Shown: positions 62,466 through 64,000 of the stretch, in pieces | Numbering within the stretch: the first letter of the stretch is position 1 | How the letters are laid out: the number at the start of each line of letters is the position of its first letter | Assembly (NCBI RefSeq): GCF_035084215.1 | Contig: NC_090357.1 | Coordinates: forward strand, 4,898,001 to 4,962,000 | Length of the DNA: 64,000 nt | From: Heptranchias perlo | Taxonomy: Eukaryota | Reading direction: 5' to 3' | The notes under the pieces: model-generated | Databases searched by the model: none | Told to the model about the DNA's origin: nothing | What the model saw: the letters and a program-made list of their open reading frames with translations, nothing else | Translations under genes and position numbers: made by a program

Positions 62466-63024
62466 ATTGTTTCTTTCTTTCAGTAATGTAAAAACACCAA
62501 TATTCAACCCATGACAATGCACAGAAAACATTCCCCCCCTCCCCCCCACACCTTCCTTAGTCCCAGCCGCAGAGGAATTGCCCTATCACGTTACTCTAGC
62601 TTCAGGTCTGAATTGGATGAGATCCAGCAGTATCTGCGCTGATAGATAGGAATTTTCCCTTTGCAGCTGAAAATTTTAGGAAGCACAGAATGAAAGAGTC
62701 TCCCCTCATCCTGTCGCTGCACCAACCCCAGACACTAATCACAAAATTACAATAAAACCTTTTAGCTGAAACTAACTACTCCTGCGGTCAGGCTCTGTTC
62801 ACAGACAGGAACGTGGCTTTCTCTTCTACCTGGCTTCCTAAGCCTGCACTGTCTCTGCAGTGCCTCACCACCTTACTCCCGTCTCCAGTCACATGCTCCT
62901 TTCAGAGAACCTACAGATGCCTGCTTAATATGCCATGAAACACTCTTAAAGGGACACTGTCAAGGTCAGGCTCAGCGGGTAGGTGAGTCGTGTGAGGTGA
63001 TATTAACCTCACACGGAGCACCAG

Positions 63025-63620
63025 AGAAGTTATATTAAACTTGTATAGAACCTGGGTTAGACCACACTTGGAATACTGTGCACAGTTCTGGTCTCCATAT
63101 TATAAAACGGATATAGAGGCACTGGAGAAGGTGCAAAAAAGATTCACAAGGATGATACCAGAACTGAGAGGATATACTTATCAGGAAAGACTAAACGGGC
63201 TGGGGCTCGTTTCTCTAGAAAAGTGAAGGCTGACGGGTGACCTAATAGAGGTCTTTAAAATAATGAAAGGGTTTGATAGGGTAGACGTGGAGAAAATGTT
63301 TCCATTTGTGGGGAGTCCAAAATTAGTGGTCATAAATATAAAATAGTTAGAATAAATCCAATAGGGAATTCAGGAGAAACTTCTTTACCCAAAGATTGGT
63401 AAGAATGTGGAACTCACTACCGCAAGGAGTAGTTGAGGGAAATAGCACAGATACATTTAAGGGGAAGCTAGATAAGTACATGAGGGAGAAAGGAATAGAA
63501 GGATATGCTGATAGGGTGAGATGGAGTAGGGAGGGAGGAGGCTTGTGTGGAGCATAAACGTCGGCATAGACCAGTTGGGCCGAATGGCCTGTTTCTGTGC
63601 TGTAGACCCAATGTAACTCA
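63025..63620 (+). mobile_element. CR1 3' fragment
   Basis: VRPHLEYCAQFWSPYY..VQKRFTRMIP. Confidence 0.9.
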
Positions 63621-63664
63621 ATATAAAATGCCAGGTGCAATGCTTGCCTGCTCTATGCTGTTCC

Positions 63665-64000
63665 CCTCATTATTTTGAATACCTCTATTAGGTCTCCCCT
63701 TAACCTTCTCTGCTCTAAGAAGAACAATCCCAGCTTCTCCAACCTCTCCACATAACTGAAGTCCCTCATCCCTGGTATCATCCTGGTAAACCTCCTCTGC
63801 ACCCTCTCCAAGGCCTTGACATCCTTCCTAAAGTGCGGTGCCCAGAATTGGACACAATACTCCAGCTGAGGCCTAACCGGTGATTTGTAAAGGTTTAGCA
63901 TGACTTCCTTGTTTTTGTATTCAATGCCACTATTTACAAAGCCAAGTATCGCATACGCTTTCCTAACTGCTTTATCAACTTGCCCTGCCACCTTCAAAGA
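63665..64000 (-). mobile_element. CR1 fragment running off the window end
   Basis: ORF 63653-63997 with VRPQLEYCVQFWAP..RRLRGDLIEVFKIM. Confidence 0.92.

Noticed and set aside
59216-64000. SCN4B exon 1 (signal peptide)
   Set aside because: No convincing ATG plus phase-1 donor found; probably beyond the window.

Overview
Vertebrate genomic DNA; the repeat repertoire (CR1 and L2 LINEs, Deu-domain SINEs, Penelope-type elements, a 67-bp dispersed satellite) points to a cartilaginous fish, probably a shark. The window holds two intron-split, tail-to-tail genes reconstructed by hand from splice sites and phases. (1) On +, a type II transmembrane serine protease of the TMPRSS4 type: TM - LDLRa - SRCR - R|IVGG trypsin domain with an intact H/D/S triad, about 15.0-42.8 kb, first ATG exon not located. 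(2) On -, SCN4B (Na+ channel beta-4), exons 2-5 at 59.2-51.3 kb, exon 1 not found and probably outside the window. This TMPRSS4-SCN4B arrangement matches the mammalian locus. Almost all long ORFs in the supplied track are artefacts of tandem repeats or are LINE fragments. The most notable non-genic signal is a family of three ~190-230 bp fold-back insertions with 10-12 bp target-site duplications that carry minimal hammerhead-ribozyme cores. Other signals: a duplicated perfect 20-bp hairpin carrying STAT/GAS sites, a SINE-derived 32-bp minisatellite with an 800-bp higher-order duplication, and an orphan promoter-like motif cluster between the genes. Exon boundaries were counted by eye; repeat boundaries are approximate.
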